Shown in pieces: positions 1 through 13,181 of a stretch of DNA of 64,000 bases. The DNA lies in NCBI RefSeq assembly GCF_009914755.1, contig NC_060939.1; one strand, written 5' to 3'. A program made the translations under genes and the position numbers. A model generated the notes under the pieces. That model worked only from the letters and a program-made list of their open reading frames with translations, made no database searches and was not told the DNA's origin. Source of the DNA: the human T2T-CHM13v2.0 reference genome, Homo sapiens. Positions within the stretch are counted from its first letter, which is position 1. Each line of letters begins with the position of its first letter.

Positions 1-134
1 TTGGTGGGACATATTCCAAGGGCATGGGGTAGGCGCACAGACTTACCCTTGCTACTCACTGTCTTGCTGCAGTTCACCTGCCAGCCTCTGTGCCTGCCCA
101 GTGCAATGGATCAGTCTGCCCCCTCCCTGCATAA

Positions 135-539
<405 letters not shown>

Positions 540-609
540 CCTCAGACTACTTTTTCTACACTGCACCAGGCTGGTGCTTTGCTCCATACCCTCAGTGTAC
601 TTGACACTG

Positions 610-1098
610 TGGCCTCTTTGGCCCTTGATGACCACCTTCCCTTACCAACCTGACTCCCCTCCTGTTGCTCTCCTCTTCACTCATTCTGTTCCAGCCACAC
701 TGGCCTCCTTGCTGTGTCTCAACAAATGCTGAGCACTTCCCCACCTCTCGGCCTTTGCACTGGCTGTTCCCTCTGCTGGTTACAGCCCCTAAGCCCAGGT
801 GACCCTCAAGGTTTACTCTATCATGGCTTTTCCATCTCATCTCAGCTGACGTCTTTCCTGACCAGCTAGTAGAAAATAGCAAACCACCCCCGTCACTCCT
901 TATTTCCTTAGCCTGCTTTGATTTTTCCATAGCCCTTGTGTTTAATTGTTCTTTTTTTTTTTTTAACTGTCCACCTCTGCCAGCTAACCTGTAAGCTCCA
1001 TAAGATTAGGCCTTTGCTTTGTAAACTGCAGCATCCCCAGGTTCTAGAACTGAACCTGACACATGGCAGGTGTTCAGGAAACATTGGTTGAATGAATG
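610..1098 (+). mobile_element. L2 LINE 3' fragment
   Basis: ccagccacactggcctccttgctg...ggcctttgcactggctgttccctctgc and 3' end tgacacatggcaggtgttcaggaaacattggttgaatgaatg. Confidence 0.85.
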
Positions 1099-1981
1099 TG
1101 TTCCATTGCTATCCCATGAGGCTGAATCCTGTCTCTCCCTGGCCTAGGCCCATAGGAGAGAGGCTGGAGCTTTTCCTCTTCCATCTCTCCCGTTGGTCAA
1201 CTCTCCAATTTAGTGGCTGGTCCCTCCCATCCGGCATTCTCCTTCACCATATCCATCACATGTTTAATTACTTTTTGGGAAGGTGTCTAGCTTCCCCATC
1301 ACCTAACCCCCTAATTGCTCAAAACTAATTTTTTTGGGGGTGAGGATCTAAACGGTGCTGGATAAGAGGGAACCAGGAGGGCCGAGGAGCCACCCAGACA
1401 GCCCCTTCAAGATTTCCAAGTCAGTTTTGAAAGAGCAGCAGGCAGTTACTTTGCTCCCTAATTACCAGCCTCACTGTGGACATCCTCAGAAGACACATCT
1501 TTCCTAATTGAAACAGCAGGGTGGATTGCAGGCTCTGGGCAGCCTCCTTTGCCTTTTCTGGCAGGAGCCAGAGGCAGGCAAAGGTGTTTCATTAAAAGAG
1601 AGCTGTGGAAAGGGAGTGGTCATGGTGCCCACTGCCTCCTGGAGGCCCACAATTTAGACGCACAATGAAACAGCAAATATGACAACAAAAGAATCAAGTC
1701 CCTGGTCTGTCTCCCCATCTCAGGGCCTGGGCCTCACCTGGCCTCTCCTTCTCCCATCAACTCTCTCCTGCATAGCCACAGACTCCAGCCAAGTGGCAAC
1801 TCTGCTGAGCACCTGCCCGAGTGGACTTTGGCCTCCTGCCATCTGTGAGCAGGGAGGTGTAGCTCAGGGGTGGTCCCGGGATCGTGGGCAGCCCCTCTCC
1901 TCCCTGGAAGAGATAAAATCTTGGCCCAGGCCAGCCAAGCTCAAGGTCTTAAGGCTTATTCAGCTTGCTGGAGTTGCTGCT

Positions 1982-2514
1982 TATGGCGGAGCCTACTGAG
2001 CCTACTGACTGCATTCCCTGTACCTAGTCTCCTCCTTTTTTCTGAGTAATAAGAACACTTCAGTTTTCCTCTAGGTGGCAAGATGCCCAGCTAAAAGACT
2101 ACATTTCCCAGTTTCCCTTGCAGCTACATGTCACCAGTGATTTTGTGGGGTGGATTTTTAAGCAGATGTTGTAGGGAGGATTTGGGGGAATATCCCTTCA
2201 GGGAAAGACAGGTAGATAACATGTGCCCTTTTATTTTTCACTATCCTCCTTATTTCTGCTTCTTGCCCAGAATGTGGATGTGATGAATGGAGCTCAAGTA
2301 GCCATCTTGGGCCCACGAGGATGACAGCCATATATAAGGGATGGTAGGTCAAAAGATAGAAGGAAAGTAGATTCCTGAGCATCATGGAGCTGCCATACAA
2401 CCTTGGACAGCTTAACTCCAGACTTCTTTTTTGGCAGAGAATAAACTGCAAATGTGCTTTTGCCACTATAGTTGAGTTTCTGTTATTAACGGCTGAAAGC
2501 AAATCCTAATTCAC
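1982..2514 (+). mobile_element. MaLR solo LTR, MLT1J-like
   Basis: cccagctaaaagactacatttcccag..cccttgcagct, gatgtgatg..ggagct..agccatcttg, AATAAA, end ctgttat..ggctgaaagc..cctaa. Confidence 0.75.
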
Positions 2515-2594
2515 TGACCCCTTTAAGAATGTGGTAAAATGTGGGCCCTCACTCCACAGGTGCATAGAACAGCAAGAGACATGGACACACGTGT

Positions 2595-2627
2595 ACACAC
2601 ACACACACACATGCACTCTCTCTCTCT
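2595..2627. repeat. (AC)8 + (CT)6 compound microsatellite
   Basis: Direct reading. Confidence 0.9.
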
Positions 2628-5289
2628 ATTTTTTACACAATTTGTGGGGGAGAAAAAGCCATAGACATTCTCCAAGTAAGCAGACTCAATCATTGTTTTA
2701 GTCTGTCACCCAGGCTTTAGTCCTTGTTGCTCACTGTGTCTGGGGCTTTGAGGTACAAACCCATGACCTGGCATTTAGAATGTGTTTTATTGACAGCCCT
2801 TTTGCATTTACTGCTGTTAGATCAAGTATTTGCATCATGGAGTAGAAAATAACCCAGTACCTGTTCTTGCCGAGTCCTGAGTGGGGATGGGGAAGGAACA
2901 CTAGACTGATTTATTACCAATACAGATGGGATAAAAGTTAGGTCTGCAGAGGGCCATAACCAGGAGGTGCTCTGGATCACAGGAAACAGTGGCCTGCAGG
3001 AATGAGAGAGGGCTTCCTGGAGGAGGAAGGAACACTAGACCTGGAAGGGCCAGCTGAGAGATGTAGAGGGAACAGGGATCACCTGAAGGCAGCAGCTAAG
3101 ATGACAATGCTAAGGGGACTTTGGCCTCGGTGTCCATAGGGGACTGAGCAGGCAAAATACCTTCACCTGGAGACACAGAGATCACTGTGGTCATACCAAG
3201 CCCTGGTGGGAGGGCGAGGAGTGTGAACTCAGTCTTTTCATCCTAAGAATATGACGGAGAGCCTTGCACATTGGGCCTGGCAGGCAGAACGTGGGGCCAG
3301 AGACCATGTGGGCCATTTCAGAGAATGGGAGGCTGGAGGTCCCCACCTTTCCCACCCTGCAACAGGTGCAGCTCATGAGGATCTGAGGAAGCCGCCCTAC
3401 GTGGTCCCAATTCCTTGCGCACACTGCTGGCTGTCAGTGCCTCACTCTGTTTCCTCTGCCTGTCTTCCTCAAGGCTTGTGCCCTCCGCTGGCCCTTCCAG
3501 GTCTAGTGTTCCTTCCTCCTCCAGGAAGCGCTCTCTTATTCCTGCAGGCCACTGTTTCCTGAGATCCAGAACACCTCCTGGTTATGGCCCTCTGCAGACC
3601 TAAATTTTATCCTGACCTCTGCCTCCAGGCCTCGCTCTGCCAGCAGTTCTCCTCTATGCCTTCCTTCTAGTCTCTCTCTTCTCCCACCCACAGATCTCCA
3701 TGCTCTGGGGCTCTCAAAGAATTCAGGGACTGTGGCATTCAAGGCCAGCTGGTTGATGTCACTCCTTCTAGCCTCGAGGAGAAATCTGCTCCGTTGCAAC
3801 CTATGCCAGCTCAGAGGCCCCCCTCCTCCCACAGATACCCACTCTAAAAAGTCCTCCTCCTCCTCTCACCTGTCTTCCCCCATAAGGGTGACGGAGGTCA
3901 GAGAGACATAAACAACCTACGGTTTCCAATTAATTTTTAATTGCAACTTGAAATTCTTAATTGCAGCTGACACGCTATCTCTGATGGAGGCGCGATGGTG
4001 AAGGTGGGGGTGGCGGTGACCCAGTTAGAGATGCTCAGCCCCTGTCGGACCAGGCACTGAGCCAGCTGAGGAGAGGACCAGAGGGCAGCCTGAGCCTGGC
4101 TGGGCGTGCTGGCCAATTGCCCCAGGAATGCCATGGTGGAGTAGTTGTGCCTCGGGCCCTGGGCCTGCTCCCTCAGAGGCCAGAGGCCTGCACTTTGGCC
4201 CATCCTCTGGGGAGGGCTACCAGAGATGCCCCATTTGTCACTGTCTCATTATGGCCACTGAGGGTCCTGACAGGACAATGCGGCAAGCTCCAAGTGGCCC
4301 ATCAGGGCCTCTACTGGAGCCCGTTTGGACATGCAAAAACCAGCCAAGTTCCAGACAAACAGATGAGTTGGTCACCCTAGCTGGAAAACAATTAGCCCCT
4401 TTGACACCCTTAGTTCTGGGAAGCGGGGAGCTGCCATTGAGACACTCTTAGATGGCTGGGGAGCTGCCCCTCCCCTCCTCCCACAGCTGTTCCTTGACCT
4501 GAGGTGCCAACATTGGGTCTGTGCGACCACAGGGTCTGTGGGTGCAGCTTCTCTCCTGGGCTAGTCGCCTGTGCGTTCTGCCCAGCAATCTCTACCTCCC
4601 CCCTTGGTAGGGAGACAGACAGGTAGATCTGTCTGTCTACCAGCTCCACAGGCAGGTTGTTATCTGATCTGGAGCAAGACATGTCCCTGGTCTGAGCCTT
4701 AGTTACTCCCTTTGCCCTTCCTCTAGTTCAGGAGTAGCCTGGTAGTGCCACTCGGGGGTAGCCAGTAGTGTGGTTGGGAGTTGCAGGACAGGAAGGGGCC
4801 AGAGATGGACAGCATCATCTGCCTCTGCAGCCTGTCCTGAGGGAGGAGCTCTCAGAGTGTGGGAGAAATCTCGCCCAGCTGCCACCCTGCTGTGGGAGTG
4901 GGGCGCCCATGGAAGGAGCCAGTCCGAGGCGTTCTGCCATCCTCTGCTCACCCACCCACTCCTGGCATGCATTTGCAAATTCTTTGGCTAAGGTAGCTAG
5001 TTCTCCACAGGCGCTATTACCTGAGACCTGCCAGCTAGTGACAACAGAAAGCCCGCACGTTGACGTCCCTCTTTGGCTTGCCTGGAAGTCTACTCGGGGC
5101 TGCAGGACTGGCAGGAGCGGGGGCTAGGGTCAGAGTGGGGCAGAGACCGTGGCTGCTTATGGGGCAGGGAGAGGGTCTGGGCCGGGTCAGGGGCTGGGGG
5201 AGTGGGAGGATCTGGAGAGGATGGGCTTTCCTGGGGAGCTGGGGGAGCATCCCATGGGTGTGCTCTGCTGAGTGACACAAATCTGGCTT

Positions 5290-5405
5290 TCACTCACTCA
5301 TTCATTAATGCATTCATTCATTCACTCATTCATTCATTCGCTCAACAGAGGTTTACTGAGCAGCTGCCAACTGCAGGCCCCATTCTGGGCCCTGGGGGAA
5401 CTTAG
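5290..5405 (-). mobile_element. L2 3' end with (CATT)n tail
   Basis: cattcattcattc..caacagaggtttactgagc..ttctgggccctgggg. Confidence 0.75.
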
Positions 5406-6074
5406 GAAGGAAACAGGCCAAAGCCAGAATACCAGTCCCAGGAAGCCACCTTTTCTCCAGGGGTGTGGTTCATGCCCCCTCCTGGCTTGGCCCCCTCCCT
5501 GGTGGACCCCCTACCTTCTCTATCACAAGTCCAGGTCTGCAGTAAGGTAGACACAGGGTCCTGGGGTTCCAACCTGGTCCAAGGGAGCAGCCTGGAGTGT
5601 GCTTAGAAACATTTGTTGACTAATGGGCTCAGGGACTGAGGGCCTGGGGAGCCTGATCAGGGAGCCTGCACCTGCCTGTCCCTCGATGTCATTCCCTCAG
5701 TCTTCCCGGCACTGAATGAGGCCCAGTGTGGGCAAAGCCGCGTCATCCTTAGCAGGGGCCCCCATCCCAGGGCTTATGAGGCACCCCAGCTCCCCAGGAG
5801 CCCCTCTGGGAAGCTGCAAACTCTGCTTTCCATACTTCAGAATTCATCTGTCCTGCCACCCCTTCCTTCAGACCCCCTGGGAGTCAATGGGACTCAAGGG
5901 ATCAGTGAAATAACCCAAAGTACATTTATGATACAACCCCCTCAACCATGCATTCTGCACCTCCACACCCCTCCAAAGCCCTGCCCTTGGGGAGCCTGGA
6001 GACACATGGAGAGGGACCTGCCTGGGTCCTAACAACTGTAACATGTGAACACTGACCCCAAGTGACATGGAACC

Positions 6075-6288
6075 CTTGTGATATGGCAGGTGCCACACTT
6101 GGCACTTTACATACATAGTCACATGCACTGCTTATAGTAACCCCGGAATAGGCACTATCACTATCCCCATTTTACAGATGAGGACACTGAGGTGTAGGGA
6201 GGGCTCTCACTTGCCCATGATCATTCAGCTGGGGAGTGGGACCTCACACACAAACCCAGGGGTCTGACTGCTGAGCCCATGCTCCTAA
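6075..6288 (-). mobile_element. MIR SINE
   Basis: Core atccccattttacagatgaggacactgagg..acttgcccatgatca. Confidence 0.9.
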
Positions 6289-7744
6289 TGTCCACACGGT
6301 GCCCTCCTACGAAGCGAACCTAACAGCAGAGCACGATTAACAGCAGGTGAGGACAAAAGTACATCAGCCTGTTGGTGCTCAGAGGGGACGAGGCCCCTGT
6401 AAACGGAACACTCAGCGAAGGGCCCTAAAGGAGCGGGGATGGGGGCTCCTCAAGGCAGATCCTGAGCAGGACCCGCCCAGCACCCGCTCCCAGCCTGTCA
6501 GGAAGGCTGAATGAAAGAACACCGTGTGGATCTTCCTCTGGCCCTTGGAGGCTGTGCCCTCTGCTCAGAGAGGAGGAGCAAGGACATTAGCAGGAAGGGC
6601 TGCAGAGTGAGCTAAGGTCTGGAGGTGAGGATGACTCTGAAGGCCTTCCTGGAGAGCAGGCTGAGGAGGTAATGCCTGACTTGGTGGGGGAGGGGTGCTG
6701 AGGACCCGCAGGCCACTGTGGAATTGGACCCATCTGGCTGAGGCAAAGGCGCTGGCAGTTATGTTGCACTAAGTGGGCCAAGAGGTGACCTCTGCTTTGG
6801 TCTGACTTTGGCCACAGACCTAAGAATCTGGATACAGTTGGGCTAGAAGGGCCTTGGCAGACTGCACAGCTCAACCTGTCTTGTGCAGGTGGGAAGTGGG
6901 AGATCCAGGGAGGAGGGACTTGCCTGCACCCTCCCCACCTCCTGCTTGGGTGTGTGGCCCTCCCGCTGGGTGGGAAGAGCAGGCAGGAAACATTGTCTGA
7001 GGTTTCCAACCACACGGGAGGAACCCTGAAAAGACATTCCTGAGAGAGGCATAAACTAAGACCTAGAAAAGACAGAGGCTGACCTCACAGCCCCTGACTT
7101 CCTGCTTCAACCTCCCTTCCCAGCCCAGGCCAGTCTCTTCCCCATGGTCGCACCTTTGCTCAGCAGTTCTTCCCAGCGGGAATGACTGCCCCCACTTTCT
7201 ATCTTTCTGTCTCTCTAACACTCACTTGATATTGACTGGACTTTTATGTATAGTTGGGCCCAACCCTTAGAACTAGCTCCAAGGGCTCTGGTTCCTCCAA
7301 GAATTCTCCCGTGATCGCATCTACCTGCTGACCTCTCACTCCCTTGTGTGACCCTGAACCTGAGACTGGCTCTGACGAGACAAATGGGGTGCTGTGAAAC
7401 TTCCCTCATCCGTCCACAGGCCTGCTGCTCCTCCCCTGCCATGCTCTGAGCTCCCTGAAGAGGTGACCCCACTGCAGGCTGCCCTCCAGTCCTCTCTGCA
7501 ACTCCCAGAGCAATCATACTGGAGAAGAGAAGGTCACCAAGGCCTGGGTCCCAGGGGAAGCTGAAGAAGACCCCTCCAGCTCACACTGCCTGCCCTTGTC
7601 ACCTGCATGGACAGAGAAATGGCTTCTGTCCCTGCAGTCAGACAACCAGGCTTGTGGGCTCTGTAATCTCCATGACTTTATCCACCCTTCCCCTCAGGGT
7701 CTTACGGGACATCGCTATCTTTCAATCTCTCCAAGACTTATTTA

Positions 7745-7850
7745 GCCAGAGTCTTTACCACACTCCTACCTGAGTTTATCCAGCTTCTCTTGCATGCCTC
7801 AGGTGACAGGCTGCTCACTATCCACAGGGTCACTTCTTATCCTACCAGGG
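7745..7850 (-). mobile_element. L3/CR1 fragment
   Basis: atccagcttctcttgcatgcctcaggtgacaggctgctcactatcc resembles the reverse complement of the CR1 3' end. Confidence 0.5.
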
Positions 7851-8634
7851 CTGGTCAAAACCTGTGTCTCTTTAGGTCAGCAGTGCCTGGTGCCAGAGGT
7901 CCTATCAGTAGACCCAAAGCTGGGTGAACAAAACAAAGGCTGGGCAACTCATTGTCACCTGGGCATGTGACCAGCCTTTGCTCTCCACTCTGGCTAATTC
8001 TTTTGTCTGGGGGCCACATCGCCTGCCTGCCCTCCCTCCTTCTGTGCGATTTTCTTCTTCTTCTCTCTTTCCTCCCCCCACTTCCTTGTATCTAAGGATT
8101 GCATGAGTCACTTCACTTTGAGCTGCCAGATGTCGGATGCAGTTGGGCTTGGAGTGGAAGCCAATTTTTTCCCTTTACTCAAAAAGAGCTTGGGGCTGAT
8201 GAAAGCCCCCAACACTGTCATCCTGGATTTTTCAGGACGGTAGGATGGCTGCGTCAGCTAGCACCACTTCTTCCAGGTTCTGGCCTGCCCACCGTCCGTT
8301 CCCAACTTGGGAGGGCAACTTGTCCTCTCACTGGCACCAGGCATAGGGCCAGGCCAGCTCTGTGCAGTCCAAGGCACGCTCAGAATGGCCCTCATCATCT
8401 GGCCATGCAGAGCTTTGCCAGTCTGAGTGGAGCCCAGGGCTCAGGGCCAATCCCCGCTCCATCCAGGGAGTTTTCAATGAGAGCTAGGTACCTAGCTCCA
8501 TGCTGGAGCTGTGGGGGAGACAGGAAAAAATAAAGAAGGGCCTCGCCTTCAAGGAATTGGCAGTCTGTCTAGGGAGATGAAATTCATACAAATAGTGGTT
8601 CATGCGTTTCTGTTTGGATTGTGCATCCACTCCC

Positions 8635-8790
8635 AGACATGACCTCATCCAGTTCTCACAGCTATTCAGCATGGGTGTCATCATCTTCGTTTTACAGATG
8701 AGAAAAATGGGGCTCTGAGAGATTAAGTGACTTGCCCAGGTCACATAGGTGGTTGTGGAGCTGGGCCCTGCCTCATTCGCTGGGCTCCAG
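8635..8790 (-). mobile_element. MIR SINE
   Basis: ttttacagatgagaaaaatggggctctgagagattaagtgacttgcccaggtcaca. Confidence 0.9.
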
Positions 8791-8991
8791 AGCCTGGCAT
8801 CTGTGCTGAAGTTGGAAAGGAGGGAGGGATGGCTTCCAGGAGGAGAAGGCCCACTGTCCTCTCCCCGTCTCCTCCAACTGAGGCTGGGCTCTCTCCTTTG
8901 CCATGAGAATATACCTATCTTGAGCACATTCCAGAGGTGCTAGGCAGGCCAGAGATCTTGTCTGTTGGGGAGTATGGAAGTGGTGGGGTGC

Positions 8992-9360
8992 TTTCTTAGA
9001 TTGGGCTCCCTTGAACCTAAAGCCTGGGGCCAGGACTTGGGTACAGGAAGTGTATTGGGAGATTTCAGGAAGAGGGTAGCTGGGTAGTGAGACAGGGAAG
9101 GAGGAAAAGCTGATATAAAGGAGCATTAACAGAGAAGCCGCTGTGGAGGGCAGGGCTCTACTCCCCTGGTATCTCCCAGGACTGAAGGCCTAAAGGACGG
9201 AAGTCAGGGGGGCGGGTTATATATTGGCCACCATCACCCATTGGTTGGGGGGCTTCTCCAGGGAGGTGATGGCTCCTCTGGACTCCAGGAAGAAAGTGGA
9301 ATCCCTGGCCTCAAGTGCTTGAAGCGGATGCTGAACTTGCACAGAACTGCCTATCCCAGA
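8992..9360 (-). mobile_element. ERVL solo LTR, LTR16-like
   Basis: tcttagattgggctccc..aggacttgggtacaggaagtgtattgggag..gtgagacagggaaggagga..cattggttggggg. Confidence 0.75.
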
Positions 9361-10599
9361 GTGTGGCTGGGCTGGAAGTGTCTTCTGCGGCAGAGAGTTA
9401 GGAACATTTGGTTCCGGGCAACCACATCTTAGGCCCTGCTGCCACCATGGAAGGCCCTGCTTCAATGACCCAGTGGGCAAGTTTTATCGAGCAGTTACTG
9501 GTGGGTGTCTGGCTGGGAGTCCCGGAGTCAGGTCAAGAGAGAAGTAAAGATTTAGGGGAAGGGGAAGAAAAAGACGTCTACACACTCCTGATTCATTTTG
9601 CCTACCGTCAGCATCAGTTCCGTAAATCTCTCCCCTTCCTGCTGGCTGGCTGGTTCCTCAAGGGCAAGAATCAAGTGCTATCCATCCGTGTGCTCAGCTC
9701 CAGCACAGGGCCTAGCCCCGACATGCCCAGAGGTGCTGCACTGAAAATCCAGCATGGGATTATGGCCCAGCCTTGGCTCTTGGCTGCCAAAGGTTGAATG
9801 TGGGTCTCTGGGCTCATCTCACAAGGCCCTGGGTCTCCAGGGCAGGGGAAATGAGGAGCAAAGCCACCCTTTTTTTTTTGTCATTAACAGAGTAGGGCCT
9901 CTGGCTCATAAAGCCCTGGGATCCCGCTCCCTCCCTTCTCTTTCCACTTGATTACTTGTCTCTGGAATGGAGTGGTTTCAGGCTGCCAAGTGTTTTGGGG
10001 AAAATATCCTGTATAAGAAAGACACATTCCCTCCATAAACTCGTATTGTGTTTTTGATTGTCTCCCATAAAGGAAGAGATGTATCTTCCAGTTTATGTTT
10101 ACGACTGTGTAGATTAAAAAAAATCAATTCTTTCACTCTACATTTTTTCAGCCAAACTTCCCCCAGCAGCCTTTCTGCTGGGCCAACAGGCTGATGCCCA
10201 GAACTCGGGGCTGGAGGTTTCTCTGCCATCTGTAGGCAAGCAGGAGAGGCCAAAGCCTCGGACTGGCTGCAGGCCTGGCACAGGAAGGGAACTTCTTGTC
10301 CCTGCTTGATTTCTAAGCCAAGTTGGCTCTGGAAGGCAAGGGGTTGGCTGAGAGAAGGTGGCCGGCAGGGAAATAGGAGGCAGCCCCAGCCTGCACCAGC
10401 ACCCTTCACCAGGCCCAGTGAAGCCTCTGATGGAGGTGGCAGGGAGCTCTCCCCGACCAGCCTCAAGTGCTGCTGCCTCCTTCATGAAGCCTTCCTGATT
10501 GCCCAGGGTAAATGGAACTCCTTGATCTGTTAGCTTCTTTGCTGGACCCTCTAGATTGATTTCTGATTGATTTTTGTCTGCTCCAGGGTCATTTGGAGT

Positions 10600-10765
10600 G
10601 ATGGTTGCCTGGTATTTGAATAAAGAGCTCCCCTATCAGAACATTCAGGTTCAAATCTTAGTGCCTCTGTTCCTACTGTATGACCTTGGGCAACCAACCT
10701 ACTTAACCTTTCTGAGTCTCACTTTCCTCAACTGGCAGATGAGGGGCATTTTGAGGATTAAACCA
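10600..10765 (+). mobile_element. MIR SINE
   Basis: ggttcaaatct..ctgtatgaccttgggcaa..acttaacctttctgagtctcactttcctca. Confidence 0.85.
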
Positions 10766-10799
10766 GGGGTATTTTGAGGATTATGGTCGGGTTTCAAAC

Positions 10800-11025
10800 C
10801 ATACCTTCTTTCCTGCTTTCTTTTTCTCCACATCACTTAGCACCATCTCACATCTTATGCTTCGTTTTGTTCAGTGCCTGTCCGCCCTCACTCCAGGAGG
10901 GCAGGGGTGCCTGTGCATTGCTCCCTGCCACATACCTGGCACAGAGAGGCGGCTCCATGGAGCGGACCGGATGGATGGTGCAGGATGAGCACCAGGCTCC
11001 GCATCAGGGCACAGTAAATGTTGGC
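10800..11025 (+). mobile_element. L2 3' fragment(s)
   Basis: cacttagcaccatct..gcctgtcc..ctccaggagggcaggg..cctggcacagag. Confidence 0.6.
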
Positions 11026-11689
11026 TCTGTGCCCTTTCATGTCTGGAATCCCCAGTTTGGCATTGCAGGCAGGGGAAGCACTGTCCATCCAAGGCCGATC
11101 CTGAAGGTGGCCCAAGAGCCTGTCCCCAGCAGCAGACTGCAAACCCTTTGGGTACAGGGACTGTCTCTTGCCATTCCAGGGTCCTCAATGCCTATCAAGG
11201 GGCTTGCTCACATGGGCCCTCTTGGGATCAGAATTTCTTCCTATAAGAGGCCAGAGAACTGATGGAGGGTAGTTTTAGTCTAAACCATGCTGGCGGGTGC
11301 CAGGCTGTGGACTGCCCCATGTCTGTCACCAAGCTCAGCCCAGATGAGCCAGGCATAGGTCACCAACACACTCGCCCACCAGCTCAGCCCACAGCTCACA
11401 CTAGCCTCAGTTATCTGGTTCCAGTTTGCCAAAGGCACTCTGACTCCAAGGTGGAGTGGGGAAGCCACTGACTTCTGTGTCTGGCAGGCTCCATTTCTGG
11501 AGAGTCAACTGAGGCCAAGCCCAACCTTCTTGAGCCTCACTTTTGACATCTGCAGAATGGGTGTGGGTGGAGATTTCAAGCAGGAAGCTAGTTCTCCAGT
11601 GGGACCCCTTCTCCTGGCAGCCCCTCGACTTGCCGCAAGTTCCAGCAATCACCCCTCACCTCCCTCTGCTTTTCCTCAAACCTTTTACA

Positions 11690-11790
11690 ACCTTTTATTT
11701 TGTCTAATCCTCATGACAGATTGGTGGAAAAGCCACCAGGAGTTATTATGCTCATTTTAAAGATGAAGAGACTGAGGCCAAGAGGCAAAA
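11690..11790 (-). mobile_element. MIR fragment
   Basis: taatcctcatgaca..ttattatgctcattttaaagatgaagagactgagg. Confidence 0.75.
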
Positions 11791-12467
11791 ATCATGCTTG
11801 GGGGTTGGCGGGGGGGTCCCCCAGCAGCCTGGGGCCAGACAGACAGTTCTCCTGCCTACCAGGCAAGCCCCAGCACCAGCTCCAAGCATCTGGAGGGCTG
11901 CAGCAGGGCGCTGGAGGGCTGCCCCCTGTCCCCCTCCCTCCCTCCCAGCTCCACTGGGGGGGTCTGCCGGGCTCTTCTCCCTCTGCCTTCTAATTGCTTG
12001 GAAACAGAGCTGACGGCAGTGGGAACAGCTCAGCCACTGCTGGTCTCATGACTGGAGGCTTTTGTTTGTTCACAGAATCATATTTTTACACTCTGGCTTC
12101 CGCTAATTTATGCCGCAGACTGAGCTCTCCCTTGCTGAAGATTGAGTTTGGGAGGGTGGGGAGTTGATTCCTGGGTTTATTTAGTCATCTTGGAGCCTAT
12201 CAGAAGCCAAGCAGGGGATAAATTAACAACAACAAAAAGTAATAATAGCCAGGCTCAGGGTTTATTTTCTGGCGGTTCCCTCCTCCAATAGGCCTGCCGT
12301 GTTCCCTTAGCTCATCTGCTGAAGGAAGCTTCGCTGGGAAAATTAAACGGCTCCTCATTTAAGATGGAGCAATCAGCCCTGAGCTAGTCGCTGCTCAGCA
12401 CCTATGGGAGCTCATCCCAGCTCAGCTGCAAGGGGAGAGGGAGGCAGGGAAGCCTCAGAGCACCCCC

Positions 12468-12468
<1 letters not shown>

Positions 12469-12510
<42 letters not shown>
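12469..12510. repeat. (AC)16 microsatellite plus gcacacgcac
   Basis: Direct reading; alternating purine-pyrimidine. Confidence 0.97.
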
Positions 12511-13181
12511 TGTAGCTGCTACCTCGCTCTGTGTGAAATGATGACGCTCAGGTGCACAGTTGCAACATCCTGTAGGAAACTGGGCTCTGTTGGAAGCAAT
12601 CCAGGAGGGCTTCCTAGAGGAAAGGACCCAGGGATCTGAGAATGGGAAGGAGTCTGAGCCTGACCCATAATAGGCCAAAGGCGGGGATGGGGACAGCACT
12701 GCCGCGGAGAAGTGGGGAGGGGAAGAAAGCCATTTGGGGAGCCTAAATTTTTGCAACATCTCTCCTGAGATGGGCTCTGCCTCTACAAGTGAGGGTTGGG
12801 GCAAAAACACTCTGTACCTACTGCAAATAAAGTGAGCGCTGGTGCTGATGAAAGGGCATGGAAGGACCTCCCCTCAACTCCTGTAAGCCCCAGGAACATA
12901 AAAGAATTGTCTTGTACTTAGGAACTGAGTCAGGAAGGGCCTGAGAAGGCCCATGGAGGTCAAGTTCATGCACACAAGGTCATGAGAGCAGGGAGAGGGG
13001 ATCGATGGGGACAAGAGAGAGAAAGCCAGCCTTGTGCCTCAAAGCTGGCACATAGTAGGTGCACAACGCATGTTAGTTCTTGGCTCCTTCTTTCCCTCTC
13101 AGGACATATGTGGCTACCTTGTCACCTGCCATGCCCCCCAGGGCCAATTTTGCCAGTGGGCACAAACCTGCTGATTGTATT

